Below are positions 41,401 through 52,952 of a stretch of DNA of 64,000 nt, piece by piece. Positions within the stretch are counted from its first letter, which is position 1. Every line of letters starts with the position of its first letter. The position numbers and the translations under genes were made by a program. The stretch is from Eledone cirrhosa (taxonomy: Eukaryota): assembly GCA_964016885.1 (NCBI GenBank), contig OZ024740.1, forward strand, positions 355,508,001 through 355,572,000. The letters run 5' to 3'. Under the pieces are notes generated by a model. That model was not told where the DNA came from, made no database searches, and was given only the letters and a program-made list of their open reading frames with translations.

Positions 41401-43863
41401 TTATCTGGTGGGCTTCCAAACTGTTTCCATTTACCCAATTTCACTTGTAAGGCATGGGGGTCAAGCCAAAACTATGGAAAATGACATTTGTCCGAGATGT
41501 CATGCAGTAGGATTGCACTTGGGACCTAATGGCTGCAAAACGAATTTATTAACCATTTAGCTGCACTGCGTCGATATCGCACATTGTATAATGTTGTTCT
41601 AGATACACAACAGGATGACCATGATTGGAATATTTTTTATCATGTTTGTTAATTCAGAGCTTATCTGAAGTTAAATAACTACACCCATGTGTGGATGTAT
41701 GATGTAGTACTTTAACTCTTGCAATTATATAATGATTTAGCAGAAAATATCTAAAAACATGTTTGTCAATTCAAATATGTATTGTGTCTTTACTAATGGA
41801 TATATTGTTGTAAAAATTTGAAGTAATCCAAAGAAAAAAATTTAATATTTAATGTGATGCAGTCACAGTGTTGGTTTATACTGCTAATGCAGTGTCATGC
41901 AGTACAAGATAAAGCACACGTGAAAAGAAGGGGTAAAGAGCAGTAATATTTTTATTAAATAGAAAATAAAATCCAAATGTGAGCAAAATTATAATTTATC
42001 AAGAAAATATCTGTAACACTTTTAAGACCATACATATATGTTGTAATGAGTTCAGAATTTTCACATATTTTGTCTTAAGTAGGCATCAATGATCAGTGAA
42101 TGCCTAAAGGTTTAACTCAATGTCCTGTACCACATGGAAACACATGAGCAAGATTATCTTGCTATAAAGTTACAAAACAACGCTATGACATACAATTAAA
42201 GTCTTTACTCTAATATTGCAAATTTTTACAATGATCAACTCATTAGTAAACTTACTATAAACATTTGAATTAACAAACCTGTTCTTAAATATGTTCTGCT
42301 AAATCATTATAGCGTGTTAAGTGCTAATTGTGAACATGGTTAAAATCAAAGTACTAGTTATGTAAAGTGAAACTCACAGTACCACATCAAAGTGGCCTTA
42401 CTTAATATGTAGGAAGCAGATTGGTAGAAATTTAATATTGTATATTCATTGCAAACAATGAGTACACAAATACTGCAGTGGCATCTCTGATAGACTGATA
42501 GAGAACCAAGATTTCAGATGTAGTAGATGTAGAAGAGTAGTTAACAGTAAAAATAGCTATGAACTACTTAGATGTCTCATTAGATATGATTACTAGATTA
42601 TATCATCTAGGTAAGTTAATTAGTTCTGGATAAGCATAGTTACAAATGTAATGAAGAGGTGGAAGAAATTCAGAAAGAGCTTGCTTCCATTAGTGACAGG
42701 GGGTTTCTTCTCTACATGCAAAAAGGAGACTATATGAAGCACATGTAAGGAATGTGATACTCAATGGAAGTGAGATATGAGTATTAAATGTGGAAGATCT
42801 GCAAAGGCTGGTAAGATTTGAGGCAAGTTGCATTAAATACTGCACATGTGATGTGAATGGACAGTGAACACTAGGTAAAAATGAGCACCAAACAAGTAGT
42901 GGAGGTTAATGTAGTAAAAGAAGGCCAAGGGATGTATAAAAAGAAACAGTGATATCTGATCTCAGAATGCTGAGCTTCACATGAGATGCAGTTGAAAATG
43001 AGTACCAGCAATAGCCGAGGTTTTAACCCTGTGATGGACAAGCATCCTATCCAGGGGGGGAGGGGGAGTCTTGTACTCTCTGTAGCTTATCGCCACGGAA
43101 ACCAGGATAAGCACCAGCCCGATGAGCCTCCGGACTCATGAGACTTTAGACAGACATATGAGATGTTAAGAGATCTATTTCTGTGGCAATATTCAGCATG
43201 ACAAACCTGTTAAAAAGACTGACGCCAACATAACTCATAAAAGTGGCAGACAACAATGTTGAGAGTTCCATTTTATTCAACAGAAATTTAATAGCATTCT
43301 GATAAGTGAAGACGAGCTCAGATTGAGTACTTCAGTCCTAAGTAGGGTAGTGTCTATATGAAATTTTACTGTGATGGAAAGGATCATATTTCTCTCAACT
43401 GTTAAAGACTGAGCCAGCTTGGTGCAATAATCAACTATTTGATATTTGCATAATTTGCCTCATTTTTCATTTTTTCCAAAATTTTGAGATTAGTGTTAAA
43501 AGGTGTTGGGTTGTTGAATAGGGTCTTATATTATATATATATTCATATAAATAAGGAACAGCCCTTCTCTTATACATGTTTTGTTGAAGACAACTACTTT
43601 CAAATTACAATTTCTTTTCTAGAACCTTTTCATATTTTCCAAAGCCTCTACAGTATGGTTTTAATCAATAAAGTCCATAAATTTTTCAATGTTTCTAGAC
43701 CCTCAGGGTCTCATAATCATGAGTGATTTTAGTTTATTTTTTACTGTCTATCCTTTTGTAGGCAAGTGTAATATATGAAGTTACATGCATTTTTTGTACT
43801 ACGTCAGCATTTTGTGTCTTTCATACTGGAATTTGAATATTAAAACTTAACTGTTAGACTTAC

Positions 43864-43929
43864 ATGTGGCTGGTACAATACAGGGTATTGAATTTGGAAA
43901 CTTTGTTTTTCCAAATGAACTGTATAGGC
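43864..43929 (-). CDS. Candidate 66-nt exon
   Basis: Acceptor ttttttttccaataag, donor gtaagt; open in all frames; phase 1 gives GLYSSFGKTKFPNSIPCIVPAT. Confidence 0.45.
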
Positions 43930-44161
43930 CTTATTGGAAAAAAAAATGAGGATGTTCTAATAAAGATATTGAAACACAAAAATAATTGATTCTTCAACAA
44001 TAACACACACACACATATATATATGTATAGGTTTGGCTGTGCAACTGGGAGAAACAAAAATCAATGCATGGGTAGAGTGGGGTATATTTTATTATAGCTG
44101 TGAAGCACTTAAATATGAAACTCCTGACTCTTGAGTCACTGATATAGCTTTACAGCTATAA

Positions 44162-44382
44162 TAATGGTTTCTTATATAGGCACAAGGCCAGCAATTTTGG
44201 GGGGAGGGGAAAGTCGATAAAATCAACCCCAGTGCATGACTGGTACTTTATTTTATCGACCCCACAAGGATGAAAGGCAAAGTTAACCTCGGCGGGATTT
44301 GAACTCAGATCATAAAGGACCATAACTCTATGTTGCAAAGCATGGCGTCCGACCCTCTACTGATACTGCCAATCCACCGCCC
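44162..44382 (-). mobile_element. Young SINE family A with TSD agctataataat
   Basis: Full length, TSD visible. Confidence 0.9.
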
Positions 44383-44597
44383 TAGCTATAATAATAATAA
44401 TGATAATATATTATATATATAAATGAGGGAGACAAGAAAAGAGAGGTATGCATGTGTTGAAAACATTTTCACCTAAAATAAATAAAATAAAAACTAATAT
44501 TGTCTTTTTTTTAAGTGAAACCAAAAACACACAACTAACATCACAATGTCGAGTCTGAGGAAGTAAGGAAATTGAAAGATAAAGTATGTTAAGTTAC

Positions 44598-44656
44598 CAC
44601 TTGAATCTGTTTGCATGGCAACAACGGCATCAGGGAGTTCCTCAATAGAAGAGCAC
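44598..44656 (-). CDS. Candidate 59-nt exon, possibly containing a start codon (gccATG, MQTDSSG)
   Basis: Acceptor ttttggttttctgtag, donor gtaact; phase-compatible with exon 43864-43929. Confidence 0.4.
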
Positions 44657-44826
44657 CTACAGAAAACCAAAAGATGATTTGAAAACCTTTGAAGATTAGA
44701 TAAGGTTGTGCAGCAATCAGAGCCTCTATTATGGTTCATGCCACCAGTTAGTTATAGTCATCAAAACAGCATTCCCATGCACATGTGCAGATTCAGGTCT
44801 ATAGACATATCAGTGAATACACTTAC

Positions 44827-44880
44827 CTGACAAACAATTTTACAAATAAAAGTATATTATTCCTACTGCTAAATACTCAT
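44827..44880 (-). other. Candidate non-coding (5' UTR) exon
   Basis: Strong sites cttttcacag and cag|gtaagt; stops in all three frames. Confidence 0.4.
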
Positions 44881-45126
44881 CTGTGAAAAGTTGAATTGGT
44901 TCTATCAGTCAGGAAAACTTATATAAACACATTCAGATGTTTTACTCAGGAGCACATTATAATGTGAGCAGAAACAAACTCGTGATAAATGAGATAAGAA
45001 GAGCAGTAACTTAACTTCACATGATTTGAGCAAGGTTTGCCTGGGATAATATATTTTAGTCATTCTCATATTCAAGTTTCATTTAATCATGGTTTCGGTG
45101 GTTGGTTAATATATATATATATATAT

Positions 45127-46272
45127 AGTTGAAAAAAGGGGTAAAGTTCCATACAAATCGAAGATTACAGGTAAAAACTAAAAGTGGAAAAGTATAGGGG
45201 TGGGGTATATTTAGAGATTATTTGATTCTTTAACTCGACAGAATATATATTTTTATAATTCAATGAATTTAAGTTTTGTCAAACATTACCAGTTTTGATT
45301 AGTATATCAATCTTATCAAATATTTTAAAAGTTTGGTCTCATATTCTGTGGGCAGTTAGAACATGTATGAATTCTCTCTCAAAATATCTTCTTATATATG
45401 TGTTCTTTATAAAATGGGGTGGTGAGGGTGGAAGTGGGGTTCAACAGGTCTAGATTTAATTGATTGACTAGAAAATTCTATTGGTTTAAATAGAAAATTC
45501 CTTTTCTATTCAGAATATTTTTTTTATTTACTTCTCTTCATTCTTTTATTCTTGTTTTTATCTGCAAACCCTAAAAATAAACTTGAACTCTTGACAATGA
45601 AACAGAAAGACAACAAAAGAAAAGAATAACTCACAACCTTACTAAAAACATCACCACACGAAAAACAATTCTTCATGATTGAAAAGCATTTCTCCCTCAA
45701 AGTTTTTTTATCCTTTTAATATCACCCATTTTTTTATCTATATATTTGTACTGAAAATAGAAATTTCAATCATCCTTTTATGTATTTTTAGAAGTTTCAT
45801 TTATTTTTCTTTCGTTCTTGTAATTATCTACAAACTCTGAACATAAACTTGAGCTCTTGACATAATGGCACCCCACCTAAATATACACAAAAGAGAACAA
45901 CAAAATATCATCTGGACCTTAATTCTGAATAGAAAAGGAACTGTCTATTTAAATCAATAGAATAGTCTAGTAAATAAATCGAATCTTGACCTGTCGAACC
46001 CCACTTCCACCCTCACCATCCCACCTTCATAAAGAATACAGATAAGAAGTTATAAGAGAAAATTCACTTATGTTCTAACTGCTCACAGAATATGAGAGCA
46101 AATTTTGTTAATATTTGATAAGATTGACATATCAATCGAAACTAGTAATATTTGACAAAAGTAAATTTATTGAATGTAACAATTACAAAAACATATATTC
46201 TGTTTGATTAAAGAAAAATAAATCTATAAATATAGTCCTGTGGTTTCCACTTAAACTTTATCCCCCTCTCTC
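45127..46272. mobile_element. Large foldback Penelope-type element (arms about 45130-45516 / 45921-46270)
   Basis: Diverged inverted arms of more than 300 bp, (TA)n on both flanks, hammerhead fold in each arm. Confidence 0.75.
46103..46160 (+). ncRNA. Type I hammerhead ribozyme-like fold, U3-A8 variant
   Basis: Stem I ttttgttaatat/atatttgacaaaa; core TTGATAA; stem II gattga/tcaatc; GAAACtaGTA with palindromic actagt. Confidence 0.7.
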
Positions 46273-46291
46273 TCTATACACTATATATATA

Positions 46292-46650
46292 TATTAGTAA
46301 AAGGAAAAGAAAATGCTGACAAATTGTTCCCAGTGAAAAATAGTTTAATTAGGAATAAGTAAAAATTAGTAATAAGTTTTAGTTTTAACTTTTTACCGGT
46401 TGCGCATTTCTAATGCTTTTCAAAAATAATTTTGAGATAGAGCGCCCGTGATGTTTGCTCTAACAACTATCTCAAAATTATTTTTGAAAAGCATTAGAAA
46501 TGCGCAACCGGTAAAAACTTAAAACTAAATACTAACCAATACTTATTACTAATTTTTACTTATTCCTAATTAAACTATTTTTCACTGGGAACAATTTGTC
46601 ACCATTTTCTTTTCCTTTTACTAATATATCACAACTCGTGTGTTACACCT
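46292..46650 (+). mobile_element. Young foldback Penelope-type element
   Basis: Near-perfect arms of about 150 bp; TTGAAAA-gcatt/aatgc-GCAACcgGTA; one-sided tail caactcgtgtgttac. Confidence 0.75.
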
Positions 46651-47258
46651 CTATTCTTTTAAATATATATATATATCATCATCGTTTAACATCTATCTTT
46701 CACACTAGCATGGGTTAGACGGGTATACATGTATATATACACTGACAGTCGATTGACAAGATCCCAGACCTCATTCACTTAATGAGTGGGGTGGAGCTCG
46801 TCAAATTGGACTGAGGAAACAATGTTTCCATTTGTCTTTCCAATTGCTAATACTATCTATCAGTCACAAATCCAGACAGAATATATGAATATATATATAT
46901 ATATAATTATGAAATGAAGCCTATCAAATAGACAAGGCACAACTTCGGTTGTTTTCTCACTCAATAATATAATTAAATCTGTAATAAAATACAAACCTAA
47001 CTGATTAGAGTGTACACTTATATGGTAACCAGTGATGAAAACGACTGTGTGTGGCTAATAAATATATATCAGAAGTGCTAGTAACATAACATAGCATGGT
47101 TCATCATAGAAGTGTATATAAAATCATATATGATGTGTTTATATACAACTACCTGTGACATGATAATACCTTAAAAAAAAAAAATTCATAGCAAGACTAT
47201 TGATGTTGTGCCTATATATATATAGGCATAACATCAATAGATATTTGATATTATACCT

Positions 47259-47291
<33 letters not shown>

Positions 47292-49552
47292 GGTATAATA
47301 TCAACTATCTGTTGAATAGTTGAGTGTCTTCATGTCTTTGCTTCAGATTTGACACATTTGTTTATATCTTACATAAACAGAAGTCTTGTGCCTCACCAGT
47401 TTGACATGCACAGATCTATATCTCTATTAAATATAAGTAAGGGTTTGTGTCATGATGGCATCCAGTCATAGAATACTGCCTCAAAATGTTTCGTCCAGTC
47501 CATGCTGGTATGGATAAAAATCAATGTAAAAATGCTGATTATGATGATGATATATGTACACCTGTGTCTTTGTATATAAATGTATGTGCATTTATATAGT
47601 CATCATCATTTTACATTGATCTTCCATGCTGGTAAGTGTTGAATGTGTTATAGTCTGTGACTGGACTGGCTGAGGAAACATGTCCTACTCATACATTCCA
47701 TATTGGGCATGGTTTCTACAGCTTGATGTACTTCCTAATGCCAATCACTTTACAATCTACTTCTCAGGTACTCAACATCTACATTCAGAGGATCCTTCAT
47801 TGGTGTCTAGTGAGCTTAAATATGGAAAGACAAACTAGAGATGTTTCTGACCAATCTTGCCACATCCGCTTCACAAATTGTGTGTTTTCATGCAGCTTGT
47901 TTTGACATTCTGCTAGAGAAATTTACACTGTTTTAAAAACACCCACACCACTCTTAACATGTTTTCTTAATTGGTGGAACTGAAGTATTTATCTCTTAGT
48001 TGACCTCACATATTTAAAATGCTTTCCATGAGAGTCTTACACAATTTTGAAACTGCAGCCCGAGAGCGCTTACCATATAGCATCTAGCTTGGGTTCTCTG
48101 ATCATACATTCATAAATGATGTTTAGTAGAAGGTAAATAGTACTTGCGTACCATTACCTAAATGCTTGGGATTTTTGATGTCTTGAAAATTTCTATGTTT
48201 GGAGTCCACGAAGACTAACTAACATTACAAATATATCTTAAACATTTCTGATGAAATTACTAAAGAACTTTTATGAATAAAAAGAAAGCAATACACAGCA
48301 AGTTTTGTTAGCCTCATGATGCTATGCTGGGACCAAACAAGGGACTAAAAAACAGGAAAGAATCTGTTGCTTTCTGAAACCTTAGATATATTACACCAAC
48401 TAAGGAGTAAGAACAACTGAATGTACTGTCCAAACAGACAAACTTATCTACTATTTACAGTTCTGTTCCTTCAATAAAGATAGATAGGCAGGAACATTTC
48501 AATGGTCTTGTTCATACTAATTCTGATCCAAATAACTTATAAGATATAAAAATAAGTTCTACGAGAATTTGCATGTCTACAGCATTATGTACAACTAAGA
48601 CACACTCATCTGCATAAAGAAGATCATAAGTGATTGAAAGACTTCTGTATTGGCACCAGAAAAATCCAAGTTGAAGAGACAATGGAAGATTGATGTCTCA
48701 CATAAATTCTGGAAGAGCAATTGGTGGCAAAAACATGAGCAAGACCAACAGTAAAATACAAAGAAAAGTGAGTTAGGATAAGGATGTTACCTTGTTTGAC
48801 AGCCTTTTCTCAAGAAACAGACCCTGCTATATCTCTAATGATGTTGACTTAAGATTATTTCATTATGAAATGATTTCATTATCAGTACAAAGGGAGTACA
48901 AAGCGATCTGGCCACAGTATTGAAGGATGTTGATTGTTCAATGAAAACTTGACGGACAAAGATACATGTTCTGTTCACAGTATTTCCTCTGGATTGTCTT
49001 GTGACAATCATTACATATATTGTATTATAAACTCATTTATATCACAATATTTCTCACTCACATACTCTCTCTCTCATATGTGTGTGTGTGTACATTCACA
49101 CACACATACATACATATATATAACTTTACTATACTTTCAAGTAGAAAATTTAATTTTGAAAGTTGAGGCATGTATGAGAACAGAACATTATAGTGATATT
49201 TGTTACTGCACACCTATATATATATATATATATAATTCAGCGAGAATCGCATTTCGGCGGGTAGAAAAAGCGAAATGCAACATGGCTAACTAAACACACT
49301 CATGCTTTCACTCCAAGAACCTTTTCCCTGTTTCTTTTCTTATTCTCCATCTTTCTAATGTTTTACTCTCTCACTCTATCTTTTGATGTAGGACTAACAT
49401 CCAAAACATCAAGACTTTTTTCCTACTATATCAAGCATTAAAGTAGCACATAATCTTGATTGTAATGTATCATTTTCTTCTGTTGATTTGTTTACCTTTT
49501 GCATATGTATATACAGTTTATAATACATATATGTTTAAAATGTTTTATATAT

Positions 49553-49735
49553 ATATATATAATTGTATATATGTGGGGATGAACACAGATATAAGTATAC
49601 ATGTGTTCCAATTGCAAATGACCAAGTTAGCTAGGTTGAAACAATTGGAACACATGTATACTTATATCTGTGTTCATCCCCCTCATATATCCAATTATAT
49701 TACACGGCTCGGAAAGATTCCCTTCCTTGAGCTAC
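49553..49735 (+). mobile_element. Small foldback element in (TA)n
   Basis: ggggatgaacacagatataagtatacatgtgttccaattg and its inverse; gaaacaattg remnant; one-sided tail. Confidence 0.65.
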
Positions 49736-50935
49736 TTAATTGTAAAAGACTATTTTGAGTTTATAACTCAATCTATGATATATATATATATATATATATA
49801 CATTGTATGAAATGGTCAAGAATTTTTGAACCACTGAAGTGCATGGCAGGCAGTGAAACAGAACCAAAAGTAAAGGGAAGGAACTATACAGGACTTTACA
49901 AAATTGGCTGAAATATCTTGATGATTCACCAAACAATATAATACCATGTAGACAAATTAAAAATAATTCATTAGAAAACAGAAAAAAAAAACTTTCAAGA
50001 ACAATTCCACACTATAACTCAAAGAATGAAATGACGTTACAATAAAGAATGTGTTATATGATTGGAATAGAAAGATCTTGGCAGGTGTGGAGAGAATCTG
50101 AGACTCAAACTATCTCCACACACACATATGTGCAGGAACTAAGGGTAAAAGTGAACAAAGGTACCCATTTAGTAAGAAATTGTTAGATTTAAGTGCGGAA
50201 ATAATCAGTGTGTTGAACATTTTGAAGAGTGCTAACTGTGAAAATGAATACACAAACAACAACAAATACACCAACAACAAATAAATGAGTTGAAAACATT
50301 CTTAGAACCTCAAATCTATAAGATACAAATTATATACACCAGTCATGTACTCAACTGTACACCAGTCATATATTTGACTATAAATATAGGGTGTAGAATT
50401 TCGATTTAACTGAGATTGACTATTGTACTTTAGTCATCTGTGTTCGTTTTTTTTTTTGTTTTTTTTTTGTGTCATGGCTACTACAGACATGTTTTTATCT
50501 TCATAAAATTTTGTATTTTGTAAGTTTAAGTCAGAGAGAGAGAGCGAGAGAGAGAAAGAGAAAAAGAGAGAGAGAGAGAGAGTGTGTGTGTGTGAGCGAG
50601 AGAGAGAGAAGAATGAGTGATAAAGACAAAAGATCTAAAGTGACCAGCTGAGATTCAACATTTTTCATATCATTTTTCCTCAAAATAAATTTTAAAAAAT
50701 GTTTAAATATAAATATGAAGTTCACACAATTTAATAAATTTGGTCATAAAAATCAATAATAACCATGTAAATTTTCAAAGCAGTTATCAATATTTGTTTG
50801 ACAAGATGGATATAATATATATTTCAACAGATCAAAAGGCTTCAATTTCAGACACATGTGAGTTTCTGCGAGGTTATTATTTTTAAAAGTAAAATAATGT
50901 TGTCTCTGAATGAAGTGAGTGTATTTGAATACATA

Positions 50936-51240
50936 TAAAAATGAGAAAACTCATCGTTAGAACAGCTCTTAAAACAGCTAAATGGTGTCAGAGACAGTGA
51001 TGGGCAAATATTCCTCAGAGGACAGAGACCAGCAACCAGTTGTCAACAGAGAGACATAACAACAAGGTGTCACCCACCTTGTGGATTGTCTCTGTTGACC
51101 ACTGGCCTCTAGTCTCTGACCTCTAAGGCATTTTTTCCCACTACTGTCTCTGACCTCTAAGGCATTTTTGCCCACTACTGTCTGTGACAGCATTTAGCTG
51201 TTATAATGGCTGTTCTAGCGATGAGTTTTGTTATTTTTAT
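50936..51240. repeat. MITE-like palindrome with about 85-bp arms
   Basis: aaaactcatcgttagaacagc...aacagctaaatg versus catttagctgtt...gctgttctagcgatgagtttt. Confidence 0.75.
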
Positions 51241-52801
51241 TGGTGAATTTTCCTTTTTCTTAAAAGAATTTTAGAGGTTGTATTCTATATTCACAGCTTC
51301 TGATTTAGAGTGAGGCAATTAATTGGCAGAGTTGTTAGAGTGATAGATATTTTTTCTGGGTCTTTGTTGTTGGAGTTCAAATCCCATCAAAGTCAACTTT
51401 GCCTTTCATCATTTTGGGATCACAAAGAAAGTACCAGCCTAATGCTGGTGCAGTCAGTTGTCGTATACTGGATGTTTAGCAGGATCAAGAGAGAGAGGGT
51501 CGAAAGGGTGTCTGTCTGTTTGTATCTGCATGGACACCTTAAAACTCTTAATGAAAGCATAGTACATTCTACCAAGTCATACTCTACTGTGAGTTATAGT
51601 TGTAGTTAGTTATATTTAGAGAGCAAGAAAGGAGAATTTCATAATGGACTTGATTATGACTGCTTTCCATGTTAGCAAGAGTTGGACAGGTTGGAGAACC
51701 TCATCTCACTCATACATTCCATTTTTGGCATGGTTTTTACAGCTGGGTGCCCACCCAAATATGAACCACATTACAGAATGTACTGGATGTATTTTATTGT
51801 AGCACTGGCATAACCACTTTACAGAGTATACCGGATTCTCTTTATTGTGGCATCAGCACAAGCACTTTACAGTGTACTGGGTGCATTTTTTCATATAAAT
51901 CACTTGTAGTCTACTCCTCAATTGGAAATAGAGTATAAAATGACAAGTCCATTATTTTGATATTATACACAAAAAAAAAAAAAAATTGAAGAATGGAGAA
52001 AAGTATACAGATTAGAGAAATGTTTTATATGACTACCAAAACATCAACATACTTCAAATACACAAGTACTTATTTTGATTTATTTTTTTCTAACAAAATT
52101 ACGCATACATATATTACTGTAATTCCATTGACAGCTTTTACCATATACTTCTGCGAAAAAACCTACCTAGTTGTGAACAGATTATATGGACATTAAAATA
52201 CATATGATTCAAACTGAGAAATAAAGGAGATTAGAGAGCAAAAATGTCAATCATTTAAAGATTTTTGATACCAAACTGCCTGACACTGCCCATGGTTTTA
52301 CGATATAAAGCTATTTATTTTGAACTGCTTATATTTATCTAAAAACCTTCCATCAAAACTTTATGTAAGAACTTTTGTTAACTCTTAATATCTTGTGATT
52401 ATTTAGCAGAAAATATCTAAAAATCGATTTGGTAATTCAAAGTACCTTTACTGCTGTGAAATATTTATACATTGTGAAAATTTGCTGTATGAAAGTAAAG
52501 ACTTTACCTTTTAATGCAAGCATGGAAAAACGTACATAAAATTATGGATGATAATGCAGTCATGGTACTATTTTGTACTTTTCAAGAATGTTTTACTAAT
52601 GCAGTTTCATGTGGTACAGGACATTAAGAGTTATGTTCCAAATATCAGTTAGATAATGAGAAAACTCCCAATTCTTGATTGGTTTCAAAATTATTCAAAA
52701 TTCACAGGCAGTGTCTTCCATTCGAGATATGCCAACAAAAGAGTTAAAAGATTAACATATTACGTATTTCCTAACATATTACGTATTTCCTAACATATTA
52801 C

Positions 52802-52952
52802 GTAGATTTCCTAAAAGAATAAACAGCAGGGAAGCTAAAGCTGAAATAGAACCAAGAACCAATACTAATTTGTTCCATTGTGATGAAATATATAATAAAA
52901 TCAGTAATAACAGTGAAGGTGAAATAAGTGATACTTTTTTTAAATAGATTAA
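52802..52952 (-). CDS. Candidate hydrophobic exon (two TM-like segments)
   Basis: Acceptor ttacttgcag, donor gtaata; LIYLKKVSLISPSLLLLILLYISSQWNKLVLVLGSISALASLLFILLGNL; its phase-1 end fits the exon at 28342. Confidence 0.4.

Noticed and set aside
46750-46830. ttgacaa as another U3-A8 hammerhead core
   Set aside because: It is the arm of a simple hairpin (ttgac/gtcaa); no correctly placed GAAA or stem I.
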